64,000 nucleotides of DNA from the human T2T-CHM13v2.0 reference genome, Homo sapiens (GCF_009914755.1 NC_060933.1), one strand, 5' to 3'; positions 44,636 through 59,336 are shown, counted from the stretch's first letter. Notes: a model not told the origin generated them from the letters alone. Made by a program: numbers and translations.

Positions 44636-46081
44636 GGACTTGTCATTGCTCTCCCCATCACCCCCTATTCCCAGGGTAATGTTTTCAGAACTGCTGAAGA
44701 TTGGGTCTCCCATGTGTCCCCAAGCCCAGAGTGCTGGAGAGATGAAACACTATCTGTTCGGTGGATCAGGCACATAACCCAGGGATGGTGCTGGGTTTCC
44801 AGGAACCCAGGTGGAGAGAGACACTAGAAGGTGTCTGGTGGGCTAGAGAGTGGCACCCTTGTGGCAGAGCACCAGTCTACCTATGAGTTTGTGTGGCAAG
44901 CCCAGGAGGATGGAGACCTGCATGGATCTGTAAGGGAAGACCACAGGGGAAGGAGAGTGTTTCTGCAGATGTAAGCAAGGAGAAAGGATGGCAACAAAGA
45001 TGGATTCTTGGCATTGTGGCACCACACAAACCCCTCAGAACTGGAAGAAATCCAGAATTGACCAATATTCCGGTTTTTCCTCTTGGTAAAATGAGAGCTT
45101 GGAAGAAAAATTAAGTTCAATTATGGCAAAACTAAGTTCCAATGTATACCAGATTTTGGAGCCTGATTAGTATTCACTATACATAGATGTTTATGATGCT
45201 TTACAGCATATGAAGGATTTTCTGCTTTTTAAAAAAATTTTAATTCATATTAAGATCTTAAAAGGTATTGTTATTATTTCTGTCCTCATATTATACATGT
45301 GAAAATGGAAGCACAGAAAGGTTAAGTGACTTCCCCAAGGCCACACAGCTGGGACCTGGTTGAGCTTGTGTTGTCCAATATCCCCCCTGAGGACTTAAGT
45401 GAAAGCTTCCTGTTAGGATCTCATAAAATGCTGGTAGGTTACCAAAAAGCATTTAGTGTTCTGCACTTTGATGCTCAGATGTGAGGAGAGAAGAGGGCTC
45501 AGGTGTGTTTTGCTTGCCGCCCCACCTTGGGCTCCCTTGCTGCTGGGTTCTACTGCAGAGCTCTGCTGTCATGCTCAGAGGTGGGGAGGCAGGAGTGTTA
45601 ATGGGAATGTAGTGCAGGGGCTGAGCCCTAGTCCAGTGGGGGTGGGGAAGGAAAGAGGATGCCCTTTGGATTCGGTGCCCAACCTAGGTTAAGGGAAGCA
45701 ATTCTTCTTACCTAGATTTTTACCCACACTTACCATGTTGTAGATTTTTCTTATTTTTGTGTCTCTCTATCTAGACTGCAAGCAACTGAAGGCAGGGACT
45801 CCATTAGACTCACTTCCCACTGCATCCCCCACACCTACCAAAGTCCCTGGCATGTAGTAGGAATTTTAAAACATTTGTGGAATAAACAAATGGCTGGATG
45901 ATTGAATTCTCGGGTACTTGAGTGTCCCCTAAACAATTCTAGCCCTGTATCCCTTAAAGCAAAGTAACTTCTGAGGGTTGCTTAGTCTTAGCATCCTATA
46001 TTTCACTCAAGAAAGTTCTATTAAAAATAGCTACTTCAGTTGCCAGCCACTTCTCCTACTTTTTCCTTCTCTACCCCCAAA

Positions 46082-46317
46082 TCCTCTTCTTCCTTCTTCC
46101 CCCTCCCCTCCCCCTCCCCTCCCCTCCTACTTCTCCTCCTCCTCCTCTTCCTCCTCCTCCCCTCCTCCTCCTCCTCCTCCTCCTCCTCCTCCTCCTCCTC
46201 CTCCTCCTCCTCCTCCTCCTCCTTCTTCTTCTTCTTCTTCTTCTTCTTCTTCTTCTTCTTCTTCTTCTTCTTCTTCTTCTTCTTCTTCCTCCTCCTCCTT
46301 CTTTCTTCTTCTTTTTT
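46082..46317. repeat. Polypyrimidine tract with (CCT)21 and (CTT)22
   Basis: CCT run 46161-46223 and CTT run 46222-46287, at the tail of an antisense Alu. Confidence 0.97.
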
Positions 46318-46590
46318 GAGACAGGGTCTTATTCTGTTGCCCAGGCTGGAGTTCAGTGGCACAATCATGGCTGACTGCAGCCTTGACCTCCCTGAGGTGA
46401 TCCTCCTAGCCCAGCCTCCCGTGTAGCTGGGACTACAGGCACATGCCACCAAGCCCAACTGATTTTTGTATTTTTTGTAGAGATGGGGTCTTGCCATGTT
46501 TCCCAGGCTGGTCTTGAAGCTTCTAGGCTCAAGGGATCTGCCTGCCTCCCAAAGTGCTGAGATTACAGGCGTGTGTTACTGTTCCCTGCC
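46311..46590 (-). mobile_element. Alu (AluJ-like)
   Basis: Reverse-strand diverged Alu. Confidence 0.88.
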
Positions 46591-47148
46591 TCTTATTATT
46601 CTTAATCACTCTTTTAATCAAGATGTTTGGTATATTTTTTCCTTCTTCCATCTACATTTTTAAGAACTGTTTTCTTCTACCTCATGTTTATCAGCTTCCT
46701 TTATTGCCTCTTTAGAAGCAGAAGCACAGGTTATAAATCAATATGGGCAAATACTTTGCTGTCTTGTTTTGAAAAAAATTGTAATTAAAATTCATGGTAG
46801 AAAGAATTTCTAAAGTGGAAAGTTGCCTTTCCAAGATATTACCATGTCTTATTTTAGAACTTACTGTTGGTAAACTAATCTACATTATTAAATAGGATTC
46901 AGTTCATTGGAATCACTGAGTAATTACTGTGTTTGATAAGTATTGTTTGGGTGATATTATTAGTTTTATCACTTATGCTAGGTTGCTTTTAGGAATTAGC
47001 CTCAGCATTACTTGAAAAGAGATGGAAAATACTTTATATGTCACAAATCTAATAAATTTATACTTAATACTACAAATATAGAAAATTTTCATTGGATAAT
47101 TTTTAAAAATCTGAATGCAATACAGAATAAATAAACTACATCTCTTAA

Positions 47149-47304
<156 letters not shown>

Positions 47305-50300
47305 TGAAGTCTGAAATCTTTGTCATAGTGAAACATAAAAAGGTAAAGGGAGGAGTGTTTTGTGCAGCACCATCCCTCGTTAACTGTGTTAGTTACTTAG
47401 ATGACTTAGTCACTGTGTGCTGAAGCAACATTACCTGTAAAATGTGCCTACCTCACAAAGTGATTGGGCGAATTACATGAGATGAAGCAAGTTGAGTATG
47501 TGGCATGGTGCCTGGCACATAAAAGTGCCTAGGAAATTGTTCCTGTTGCTATGATGCTGTTGTCACTACAGCAGCAATATCCTGCTAGATGTCTCCTTTC
47601 ACCTCCACAATAACCCTGCAAAGTAGGTATTAACCATCACTAATTACAGAGGAGGGGAAAGAGGCTCTTAAAGACTAAGCAACTTACTCAAAGTCACACA
47701 GCTAGGGCGTGGAAGAGGGAGAGTTTATACCCTGGTCTTTGGTTTCAAGTGTTTTGTGCTTATCTTAAGCTGGTGGAGTTGTGAGTAATTAAAACATGCT
47801 ATTAACAGTGTCATAATGTTTGTACAATCCAGTTACAAGAAAAATATTTATGGCATAAGTAATTCCTGTTTTAATTGAGGTGAGTGCGTTACTGCTTGGC
47901 TACCTAGGTGTCTGTCCAGTCAGCATAAGGCAAGAGCTCAACAACTAGGAGACCCCCAAATTGGGTCCTACAATGTCACGAGCTTTGTGGCTAGCTGAAG
48001 ACAATTTAGCCTTAGAGGATGGCCTCGGGGCATGAAGAGCTGGTGATTTGATGAGGGTGGTCGTACAGGTGATGAAAAGATTGGGTTTGTGTCACATTCT
48101 GCCCCCGCCCCCCAAGGCTGGGCTAGTTTTAGACCAGCATTTGAAATGGGGCAGGTGTAAAAAGACGCATAATTCCACATTGGAAATTGTTCTAGAAGAT
48201 TCTCCATTCTGCAAGGTAATGAGGACAAATTAGCTTAGCATGGCAGTGCCATTTCCTCCTTTCCTCTTATAGTTGCAGTGGACAGAGAGTAATAAGGATC
48301 GCCTGGAGAATGGGGATTTATCATAAAGTGACAGCTGCCTGGATATGGAATGAGCAAACTTGCAGGAACTAACACAGCTCTAAAGCAAGGCATCCCCATC
48401 GCCACCCCAACCTCTCTGTGTCACATGCACACACAGAGTCTCTTTGGCATCTCTATTTCTCTCTGCTCAGGTTTACCTCTTGCTCCATAGCCCAGATCTC
48501 AGGGGAATCTGATGATTTCCTCAGTTTCCACCCAACCCTCTTCCCTTTGCACCAGGCTGCCTCATGGGTCATCAGCCAGCATGTGGATGGGGCTCTGCAG
48601 TGTGATGCCCAACTCAGTCAACATCCACTTGCTCCATTCCCCCACAAACACAGCTTCACCTTGCTTTCTTCAGCATGGGGCTGTGGTCAGGAGAAGAGTA
48701 AGCTGGGCAATTCAGGCATTGCTTGACATGCACTTAGAGACTTTGGTCCTTAAAAAACATTTATTTTTGATTTCTATATTAAAGATGTTTTTAAAGAACT
48801 TTTGGTCCTTAAAAACATTCATTTTTGATTCCTATATAGAAATGCTCTTGGTTTCTGGGTATTCCTATACCTCATATCGTGGGGGAAGTGAGATGAAGCG
48901 GGATATGAGGTATAGGAACCACAAACATTCCCTCCCCAATATTATATGCGTTACAGTGGTCAAGCCTCAGGTTTAATGAGAATGTGTAAATAAATAGTAG
49001 TATTTACTGTCTGTATGTCTTTTTGTTGATGGCCATTGAAACCCTGTCCTCCACCTGCCAGATTTGGAATGTGTATTCAATAGAAAAGAAAATAGACTGA
49101 GGAATCACTATTTCTGATGGAACTGCTATTCTCTATCTTAATAGCAATTTACATTTTTCCCTATAGACTTTCTGTGTATAAAGCACTGGCTCATCCATCT
49201 TGTTTTTCATTCTTCACAACAAAGCTATAAAGCTGTCAAGAAATATATTATTATTTAGTTCTAAACCTAGACTTACAGATCTTAAATGACTCACCCAAGG
49301 TCCCAAGTGTAAAGAAAAGGAGGGGATACTGGCGCCAAGCCCCCACACCTTCACATGCCAGGTGTGAGGCTGGATATAGCAAGAGGATGGGCAAGTCCTT
49401 CTTCCTGTTGTCACAGAGATTTGGTAAAGGCCTAAAGACACTCTTGATAGTTGGCAGGAACCACATGCCTTAAAGCAAGAATCTGGGCCACCTAGGCAGG
49501 ACCTGCTAAGAGACTAAATTAGATTAAACCAGTATGAGTAGTTATGTCCTTAAAGACAAGGGACTGAAGAGTTAAAAGAGTATTCATGTAGTTGTGGGTT
49601 CTGTGCCTCTCTTTCTCCAGTTGAGAGAGGTTTCAAGGGAACCACTCAGAGAGATTAATATGTATGTCCTGGAATTTAGAGGACACGGGGTCCAGTCACA
49701 TGCCTAAAAACCTAAATGTGAGAGGTCATGCCTGATATGGCACAGCAGAAAGAGGGAGTGCGGGGCAGGGACAGTAGTGGTCAAGAAGAGACTTGCCTAA
49801 GACTTTTATTAAACAAAAGGAAATAACTTGCTGTGGGAGGGAAGGGGCAGTTTGATTAAAAATGAAATTGCTTTATGATTGCATCCTATTGATGCAATAG
49901 GATCAATTCAACAAGATGGTTCCATTAAAAGTGCTTCATTTCATCCTCTGGACAGCTGTTCAGGCAGGTATCATGCATGATCCACATTGGATAAATGAGG
50001 GAGCTGAGAACAAGTGAAGCTTAATCACTGGTGAAAAGTCAAACAGCTAGAAAGTGTATTAAAAATTAAAATCTATTGTTCTTCTCTGGCTCTAAATGCT
50101 AAGATCTTAGAGACTTTTCCAAACTGCCTCTTGGAGTACCAAACTTTTCCACTTCTAGTGTGCTGGCCTTTTTACCCTGCTACACTGCACCTTCCTTGTA
50201 GAAAATAGACCTGATTATTTTTTGCTCTGGCTTGGATATTGTATATCTCACTGCATATGTGTTGGGGCTTTGATTTCTTACATCTTAGCCATAACTTCTG

Positions 50301-53300
50301 TCCTATTTCCTGAATTATGTCCACACACATGCTGGCTAGCCCTATTCCCATCTGTTTCCCCTTCTGAATGCCTTCTTAACATTTTTGGTTTTTTTGCAAG
50401 TTTGCTGCTGAGTGGCTGCTTTGTACATCCACCGCACTTTCATTTAGCTGATTGAGGGTGTCCTTGTCCTTAAATGCTGCTGCAGGAGCTAATATGAGCA
50501 TCATTTATTTGTAGCAGAGTTTAAAATCGGACTTACTTTTGTCTACGTTTTGGCTAAGGCTCTAAAAGTCTAAGAACAGAACAATAGCCTCATGTGCCGA
50601 AGTAAAGAATTAGGTCACTTATGCAAGTTCCTCAAAGAAGATGGTGTTAATAGGCTCCCACTCACATGAGGGATATAAGAGAATTGAAATGCAAGAAGCC
50701 TCAAGAGGAGTTTGATAGTACAGAAAGGATTTTGGAGAGTGTGCTCTAAGTCTTATCTGCAAGGACCCTTGTGTGCCTCACGAAGTTAGACACAAGACTC
50801 TGGTGACTGGTCAGAGGAAGCAGAGCAGAAAGAGGGAGCCAGCTCCTCTAGAGGTGGAGCAACAATGTGTGAATCCTCGGTCCCAGATGTGCCTCTTGTG
50901 GATCCATTGTGGACCATGGGGAAGAAGAAAATGACATGGAATCATTTCAGAGCCTGTCGAACAGCATCTCATAGTAGGTGCCCAATAAATATTTGTAGAA
51001 GGAAAAGAAGGAGAGATGGGAGGGCATCTAGCTGGGTTTCCAGGAGCCGAGGCAAGACATTTAAGTCTAGCCAGAGGCATCTTCTATCATGGGACATGCC
51101 ATTCAATGTTCCCAGAGGTGATCCCAAAGTCTACCAGAACCTCCCAAGAAAGTCACCTTGGAACATTCACCAGTGCCAGAGAGGGTCAAAGATAAACATA
51201 CCCAGGGGAAACCAAAGCAAGATTACATTCTGCCATTCCCACTTTTACCTCTCTCTCTTCCTCATCTCCACACATCCTTGGCATCAGTCCCCAAGGAGAT
51301 AGAGGGAGGTGGGGAATGGGGAAGAAGTCCAAGTGGGATAATTGAGAAGAAGCCAACTGTGCCCCCTGTTCCCAGTATAGTGGGCCAGGCCGAAGCAGCC
51401 CCAAGGTGGAGGAATGAGAATCTTCCCATGAAGTTTGAAGTTTTGGCTATTATATGGGACTGGCATTTTAATTACCTCAGTGAAAATCCTCTTGGGACAA
51501 AAGTAGCCAGAGAAGTTTTGTATTATCTGAGAGTCACCAGAAACGCCCCGGGACCTGTCTTATATTTCATCAAGGAGCATGAGAAAGAACTAGTCCTCTA
51601 AATGACTGTGGATGGGCAGTGATGGAGGAAAAATAGATTTGTTTTCTGATTGTACCTACTTATAAGTCCCACTTGTTCAATAAGCCAGTTGCCCTTTTGT
51701 ATGTAAAAGAGCAGTCCATTCTTATCATATCTCTCTATCCCCTTTCCCTACTTTAGTTTTCTTCATGACACTTACATTGCTGGACATATTTTAGACTTAC
51801 TTAGTTATTAATCGTTTGTCACCTTCTGTTAGAATACGAGCTCTATGAAAGTGGGGACTTTGGTCTATTTTGTTCCCTGTTTTCTCCCCAGTTCCTAGAA
51901 CAGTGCCTAGAACATAGTGGATGCTCAATAAGTATTTGTGGAAGAAAGGGAAGAAGGAAGAAATGAAGTAAGGGAGGGAGGAAGGGATGAAGGAAGTAAA
52001 CAAAGAAGGAAGGGAGGGAGGAAGGGGAGGAGGGAGGAAGGGAAGAGGACAAAAGGAAGAAGTTCTACATTCAACAAACATTTTTTGAGGCCCCATTACT
52101 TTGCCAGGCATAATGCTAAGTGCTAGGGTGAGAAACATAATTCAAAAATTGGTGCCTGTATATAAGGAACTCATAGGTTCCTAGGGGAAATGGGAACACA
52201 TAACCACGGTGGCAAAGGGTATGATGGATGCTATGACAGGAAGAACATCAGGATGCTGTGAGGTGTACCTGAACTGAAATGGGTTGGAAGGAGGTTTGGG
52301 TATGGTTTCCTTTGAAGCTCTGGAGCTGAATCCTAAAGGAACCATCTCTTGGCAGAATCTGGAAACATACCATTCAGGTTTCAATGGTGGGATAATTGAT
52401 TTCCTATTTCAATGGTCCCTCAGGTTTCAGGAGGCCAAGTGAGGCCATTGGGGAAATAGATTCACAGGAGAACAGCAATTCAAGCCACTGGGTTTGCCCT
52501 GATTGTCTTATTCTAAGCTTAGTGGGTAATAGCGTTCTAAACTATAGTCTTTTACCTGGACTTTATTCAGGTGCTACATATCTCTACCCAGGTGAATTCC
52601 ATGAAAACTAAAATCATCAAGAGTATGTCTATCATCATTGCTTCAACTTGTAAAGCCTTTCACCCAAGGATCCTCACAACACTACCAAAGGCCCTATCAC
52701 AATCACTTATGTTACCTTCCTAGCATGTGAGGCTGATACTAAAGTGAGAGCCACTGGGAGGCCAAAGAAAGACCACTTCTGAGAAAGGGGTGCATGTTGA
52801 ATCCCATACACCTAGAAGGATTAAGTACAGAACACATATGATGCTGTGTCATAGAAGCTGAGAACTTGTCAGACATAAATGAACAAAGAAATACATGAGC
52901 AATTTATTAAACAGATTTTTCTTATACAGCTAGTGGCTCAATGCCAAGGCATTTTTGGAACTAACAGGACAACATTGTTGAGCAAATTAGGCTAATATTA
53001 ACAGCATCACAGATATTTTGGATTTAAAAATGGCAAATAAATGAATAGTACAAAAGTATATTAGCATTCATTTTATGAATAGATTAAGAATAGCCAAATA
53101 AGCCTAAATCTGAGCTGTTTTAGTGAATAAAAATATGACATTTAAAAACTAATGTCCTAAAAGGGATACAAACGATATAATTATACCAGATATGGGAAAT
53201 TCAATTATTTACTTAATTGGTTCAAGTATTTTTTTCTTTGACATTGTAGGATAGTATTTTGACCAGTATAATCTTATAATCTTATAGATGCTTCTTGCAT

Positions 53301-54375
53301 TCATATCTAAGCACCTGAAAGGGGTATATGGATCAAATGTTTATAAATGGAATATTTTAAATGCCATTGCAGGGGAAAGGAAGATGTTTGGGGATAGTAG
53401 GCTGTTGAGCTGGGGTCTCTTCTTGCTTCCTGTCTCCATAATCTTGGAGCTTGTGGTTGATGTCACAGGTTTCAGCATTCTCTCCTGGAACAACTTTGGA
53501 TCAGCTTTTCCAATATCACCACAATGACATCTGGCTTTCCTGTGTTAGGAATTCCGTATCAATTTTGGCCCACTGAGTGTACTTCCCTTGTTTTCTGCTG
53601 CATCTCTGAGTCTATTTATTCTAGCAAATATCTTCTCTGTCATTTCCAGACGTTTGGGATGGGAATGAAAGCAGGCCACCCAGCATTTTGATCCCATCAC
53701 TTTCATTTGCTGCTCCTTTTCTACATCAGTAATCATGCCCTAATTTAACTCTTACAGAAACTAGACTTTAATTTTTCATTTATATTAGTTTGCTTAAGCA
53801 GGTGTAACTGTTATGTTGAACAAACGAGACTTGAATTGGGCAATCATGTGCATGTATATACACACACACCCGCACGCACAAACATGCAGAGACACACACA
53901 TCCATATTTTTTGCCTCCACTGCCTATTTACCCTGCTTTCTGGAATCGGTTCTTCCTTTATGCTTGGACAAAATGCTGTGCAGCTTCCTTAGGTTTTATG
54001 GTCAATCTCAGATAATAAGAAGCCTATTGGTCCCATTTCAATAAGTAAAATATTTCATCAAAATGATGAATTTCATTTAGAGTTAAAGCTTTTCTCTTCC
54101 TCCAGCTACAGCCTGCTCTAGGCTGGTAAGTCTGCAGAGGGAAGTGAGTGTGAAGGGTAGGCCGGGTTGGATAATTTTTTATTTCCCCACCTGCTCTGCT
54201 TTTCCTTTCCCCCAGACAACTAGAAGAGCCTTTTGTGTTTATTTTACTAATATTAAATATTTAATTGAGACTATTTTGTGACAAGAAGTGGTTTTGTCAT
54301 CTCAGAGTGATCATGAAAAAATGAGACTTGTTATAAATTTATTTCTGCTAGAGACAGGAAAAGGAGCATCCCGTA

Positions 54376-54545
54376 AGCCAGGTGTGGTGGTGCACGTTTG
54401 TAGTCCTAGCTACGTGGGAGGCTGAGGCAGGAGGATTGCTTGAGCCCATGAGTTTGAGGCTGCAGTGAGCTATGATTGTGCCACTACACTTCAGCATGGG
54501 TAACAGTGAGACCCTATTTCTAAAAATAGAGAAAAAAAAAAAAAG
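54376..54545 (+). mobile_element. Alu right monomer (FRAM-like)
   Basis: Single Alu right arm with A tail. Confidence 0.8.
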
Positions 54546-55355
54546 AAGAGGAAGAAGGAAGAAGCTCATAAAAGCTTGCTTGAAGAGGTAGTTGTGGAAA
54601 ACAATAAAATTATTTTTCTGATTGCACCCTATGAGTCTCAGTTGTTCAAAATAATAGCAGTTATATTTGCAGAGGCCTCTCTCGGATCCTTTAGAATCTT
54701 TACATGGCACTGCTGAGTTAACCTAGATGTGAAAACAGCCAGGATTTCCAAGGACAAAACTTCTGAGAAATAAGTATGGTCTTTGTGATGATTTTAAAAG
54801 ATAATCAAGCCTTTGTATATATTTTTTTTTTTTTGGCAACGGTGCAGAAAAGCTACAGTTGGTAGGGGGAATGCTGCTTAACAGGCTAAAATAAGACTCT
54901 TCCTTAGTTATGACTGAAGATCTAAGATAATAGATGCCAGCTCCTCCTTTATTCCAAGTAAGTGAGATGCCAACCCACTCATGCAGAACATGCAAATTAT
55001 TTGGGCGGTAACTGAGTTTTGAGCTGCTTGGTGTCTCATTCACCTTGATGATTTAAAAACAAACAAAAATGGTTGAAATCAAACAGATCTGGTCAAAATA
55101 ATTTAGCAGTTGGAGGAGTTGTCTGGAGAGAGTGTGCATGCTGTGAATCCCACCCCTTTAATCTCTTAAGGGGTAGGGGTGGGAAGTGTGTCTCCTTAAT
55201 TTCCACCCTGAGAGTGGGGCCTCAATGATACCACCCAGGGAACTTGATGCACTGGGGTCTCACTCATGCTTGACAAAATGCTACAGACTGGAAGGTTCCA
55301 GAAGCAGCCTGTGGCATCAGAGGGAAAAGCTTGACGTGAGAAGTACCTGAGCTTC

Positions 55356-55716
55356 TAATATGGTTTTGCTCTGTGTCCCCACCCAAATCTCATCTTGTAG
55401 CTCCTATAACGTGGGAAGGACCCAGTGGGAGATAATTGAATAATGGTGGCGGGTCTTTCCCATGCTGTTCTTGTAATAGTGCATAAGTCTCATGAGATCT
55501 AATGGCTTTAAAAACTGGAGTTCCCCTGCACAAGCACACTCTCTCTCTTTGCCTGCTGCCATCCATGTAAGATGTGACTTGCTCCTCACTGCCTTCTGCC
55601 ATGATTATGAGGCCTCCCCAGCCCAGTGGAACTGTAAATCCATTAAACCTCTTTCTTCTGTAAATTACCCAGTCTTGGGTATGTCTTTATCAGCAGCATG
55701 AAAACGGACCAATACA
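55356..55716 (+). mobile_element. THE1-type MaLR solo LTR
   Basis: t.atatggttt.gctctgtgtccccacccaaatctc...aataca; TSD (G/C)CTTC. Confidence 0.9.
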
Positions 55717-57999
55717 CCTTCCTTCACTGTGGGTCAGAGGAATATACTTTCTGGGTGCCTGTAAAGAACCCAGGAAAGAATTGTCAATTGGGGATTATCT
55801 AAAATGAATCTTGCCATAAGAGATTCTGCCAAGGGTAAGTCATCCTCAGCAGAACAGTCTGGCCAACCTGAAATATATAACCTGAGAAGTCATAAGTGTT
55901 CTCTTCATTCCCTGTACCAGTCACCCAGGTTATGTGTCTACTGGATTTACTTCCCATAAGTGCAGCACAAATGGGAATTCATTCTAGAAGAATAGAAATT
56001 GGGATTTAAAAATAATTCGTACTCAGGAAAACAGGGAATATGAATGATATTATGAAATGAGCTTCCTCTATCCATTAGATATTTTCTATATTATAATTTT
56101 CTCAAGCTAGATTTTATTATGTAAATTAAATGGAAATTTTAGTGATTATCCTGCGAGTTTGTGCTGTGTTAATTTAGCTATCTCACATACCAAATTGCCA
56201 ATCTCCAGTCTGTGATATACATATATACAAAGCCCAAAAGACTTTTAAACATATGGAAGTGCTTTATGAAGTACCATCCTTATGTCAGGTTATGAACATT
56301 TCTGCACCAAAGTGATTTTTTCACATTAAGATGGTGTAGGATTAGGTTTGCCTACATGCAACAGACACTGAAAATCAACAGAGGCTGTTCATATAGGGTT
56401 GTATTATTTCATGTAAAGGGTCTGGAGGATAGCAGGACTGGTATGAAAGTTCTATGTATTGTCAGAGACCAATTCCTTCCAGTTTTCTGCTCTGCCATCC
56501 TTGGGTAGGACCCAAGATGGCTGCTGGAAAACAGTCATTTTGTCCCCATTCCAGGCAGCAAGAAGGAAAACAAAAGAAGGACTTTCCCTGGAAGTTCTTT
56601 CCAAGGAAACAACTATTTCCACTTATGCTTAATTGTCCAGAACCAGTAACTGATCATATCTAAGTGTAAAATAATCTGAAAAATGTGGTCTGCAACACCA
56701 GGCACCCAGCTAAAGTTTGGGGATTCTATTGATGATGAAGAAGGAATGTCTAATATTGGGAGATAACATTTGCCGCTGGTATAGGAAACAGAAGTTAAGA
56801 GTTGTCTTTGGAGTCAGATGGCTTCTCTTTAATTCTTGGCTCTACCACTTACAGGGTTGTAACTTAAGTCGAGTCTCCAACTTTCCATGTCTTCATTTCC
56901 TTATGTGTAAAGTGAGAATTGTAGAGTTGTCACAAGCATTTAATGTGAAGATATTTAGAACAGTTTCTGGCCATGTGCTGTTATTACCATTATCCCCATG
57001 ATTTACTATAACCTACTATGCTATAGCTAGTATAGCCTCTGGAGTTTGTTTACAAATCTAGTTGTAGAACCTAGTATGATGCCTGGCACTTAATAGATGT
57101 GGACAGATGGATGAATGAATGAGGCAGACTGCATGAGTCTTAAATTGTGGAGCTTCTACTTTCTAGCTGATTTGCCTGGGCATTATTTAATCCCTTCCAG
57201 CCTTAGTTTTCCCTTTTTTAAAACAGAAATAAATTATACCAAGTGTTCTTCATTTGCACCTCCAGATCCACTCTCCACTCTTCTCACCCTGCTTTGTGCC
57301 AAGGAGGCTGACCTCTAGGGTTGGCTGCAATGAGCTCCTTGCCTTCTGGCTTTCCACTGGGTGGGCCCATGGGAGGCACTGGCAGGTGACCAGAGGTGGG
57401 AGGAGAGGGAGCTTGGACATTTATTTCTGTGATTTCCTCCCTGTAGGACCATGGTTTGGCAGTGGCTGGGTTTCTGTTATGAAAGATACAACTATCAGGT
57501 GGCCCTCACTACAGCTGTAGGTTGTTCTGAGTAGGTTGATACAACTATCAGGTGACCCTCACTAGAGCTGTAGGTTGTTCTGAGTTACAGTAACTGTTCT
57601 ACCCTCAAGGTTCTCCACTATTGCTATCCTCAGTGTGCTTCAATAGTGTTGATTTTCTTAATGGTTCCCACACGTTTATAAAGAGATCCTTCATTAAATT
57701 CTCCTCAGTTCCCAATTTGATTGTTTTTCCCTTCTGAGACCATGATTAATATTAATACATAACACTCAGAGGGTTGCTTTGAGAAGGTGTTGAAATAATG
57801 CATTTAAAGTGCTTAGTACATTGTCTGGCACAGAATAAGCACTCATTCTGCTCCACTAATGCTATGATTATCTGTTTCCTTTTACTCCTCTATTTTATGT
57901 TTGGCAATATCTTTGTTTCATATGATTTTCAAAGAGTTGGTTGATTTGCTGAAATGTTTTACTGTTAAAAATCATCAGAGCATATCTAAGCTTAATTTT

Positions 58000-58034
58000 T
58001 ACACTTGCTCTTAGCCAAAAGGCTGAGAAGCAAT
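58000..58034 (-). pseudogene. 3'-truncated U2 snRNA retropseudogene (first ~35 nt)
   Basis: Minus strand ATTGCTTCTCAGCCTTTTGGCTAAGAGCAAGTGTA vs U2 ATCGCTTCTCGGCCTTTTGGCTAAGATCAAGTGTA; TSD CTAAGCTTAATTTTT (57986-58000, 58035-58049). Confidence 0.92.
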
Positions 58035-59159
58035 CTAAGCTTAATTTTTTGGTCAATCTTATACCTTCAAACAAAATGGTGGCTACTAATTTTTTCTCAA
58101 AAGATTTTTTTTGCTGTTAAAATAAATAAGACCCAATGTAGTGTCCCCTACCATCGACTTTGAAACCTGAACATCTAAGAAGAAGAGTAGTTGAGCTAAG
58201 GGTATATGGATCAAAGCTGGGAAATTTGGCTGGGAGGATAGTCATTCAGGAGGTTGAGGTCTTGGAGAGCAGTGCTCTGAGAAGCCAAGGATCTAGAGAG
58301 CCATGGAGTAGACCAGGAAACCAGCACCAGAGACTTAATCAAAATGGTTTTGACTAGGCTAGACTCCTGGTTATAGAAAAATCTTATTACTAAAGCAAAA
58401 TGGACCCAAAGCATCTGACTATAACCATGATACTCTTGCAGTTGAAGGCTCTGGTTTTCTAAAGAGTGGTCTCTCTTTAAAAAACAACAACAACAACAAC
58501 AGAAAGTCTAGTGGTATTAATGTGTTCTGAGGCTTCATGAATATCTTGGGGAATCTAGTCTTTCAGATAAAGTAATGGATTTTCTTGGTGATGAGTTCTG
58601 GTTCTTGGCTCTGAACCTCCAGCTTCATGATCTTCTAGAGTTTTGTATGGAGAAAATATTGAATCCCTTACATCCATTTTTGTTCCTTTGATCCCTGAGA
58701 TGTTACCCTTGATGTTTCTGCAATTGGTTTGAGTACATCTTATAGTTTGAAGATTTTTCCACATCGCAATAATTGCTTAGTAATTAATTGAATTATGCTG
58801 TATGACCGAGAGTGAATAATAATGATGATGATGATGATATCTGAAGTCCTTGTGATTTACAAAGTGATTGCTACAAACATTTTCCTGCTTAGGGTATTTA
58901 AAATATACCAACCCTGAAAAGGATAAAGAAGGAAATAGAAAGTAGGTAGAGTTAGTATATTTAATTGAATGCAGTTCTTTCTGTTTCATAGAAACAACCA
59001 ATTTGCTTTTTATTTCCCAACAGCATCCAGTAATTGCTATTTTTACATATTTATGATGAAATAATTGACAGCTATGATCTATTACTTATTTTTAATGTCA
59101 ACTAGAGTCAACAATTAAAATCAGAATGTACTTCAATAAAAACATGTTTTAGTAACTGA

Positions 59160-59336
<177 letters not shown>

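Noticed and set aside
45978-46497. Poly-P/S, poly-K/E and poly-F ORFs
   Set aside because: Translations of the CCT/CTT microsatellite and Alu.
48418-51601. 100-154 aa ORFs in intron 2
   Set aside because: No recognisable domains or consistent splice phase with CFAP95; lengths are within chance expectation.
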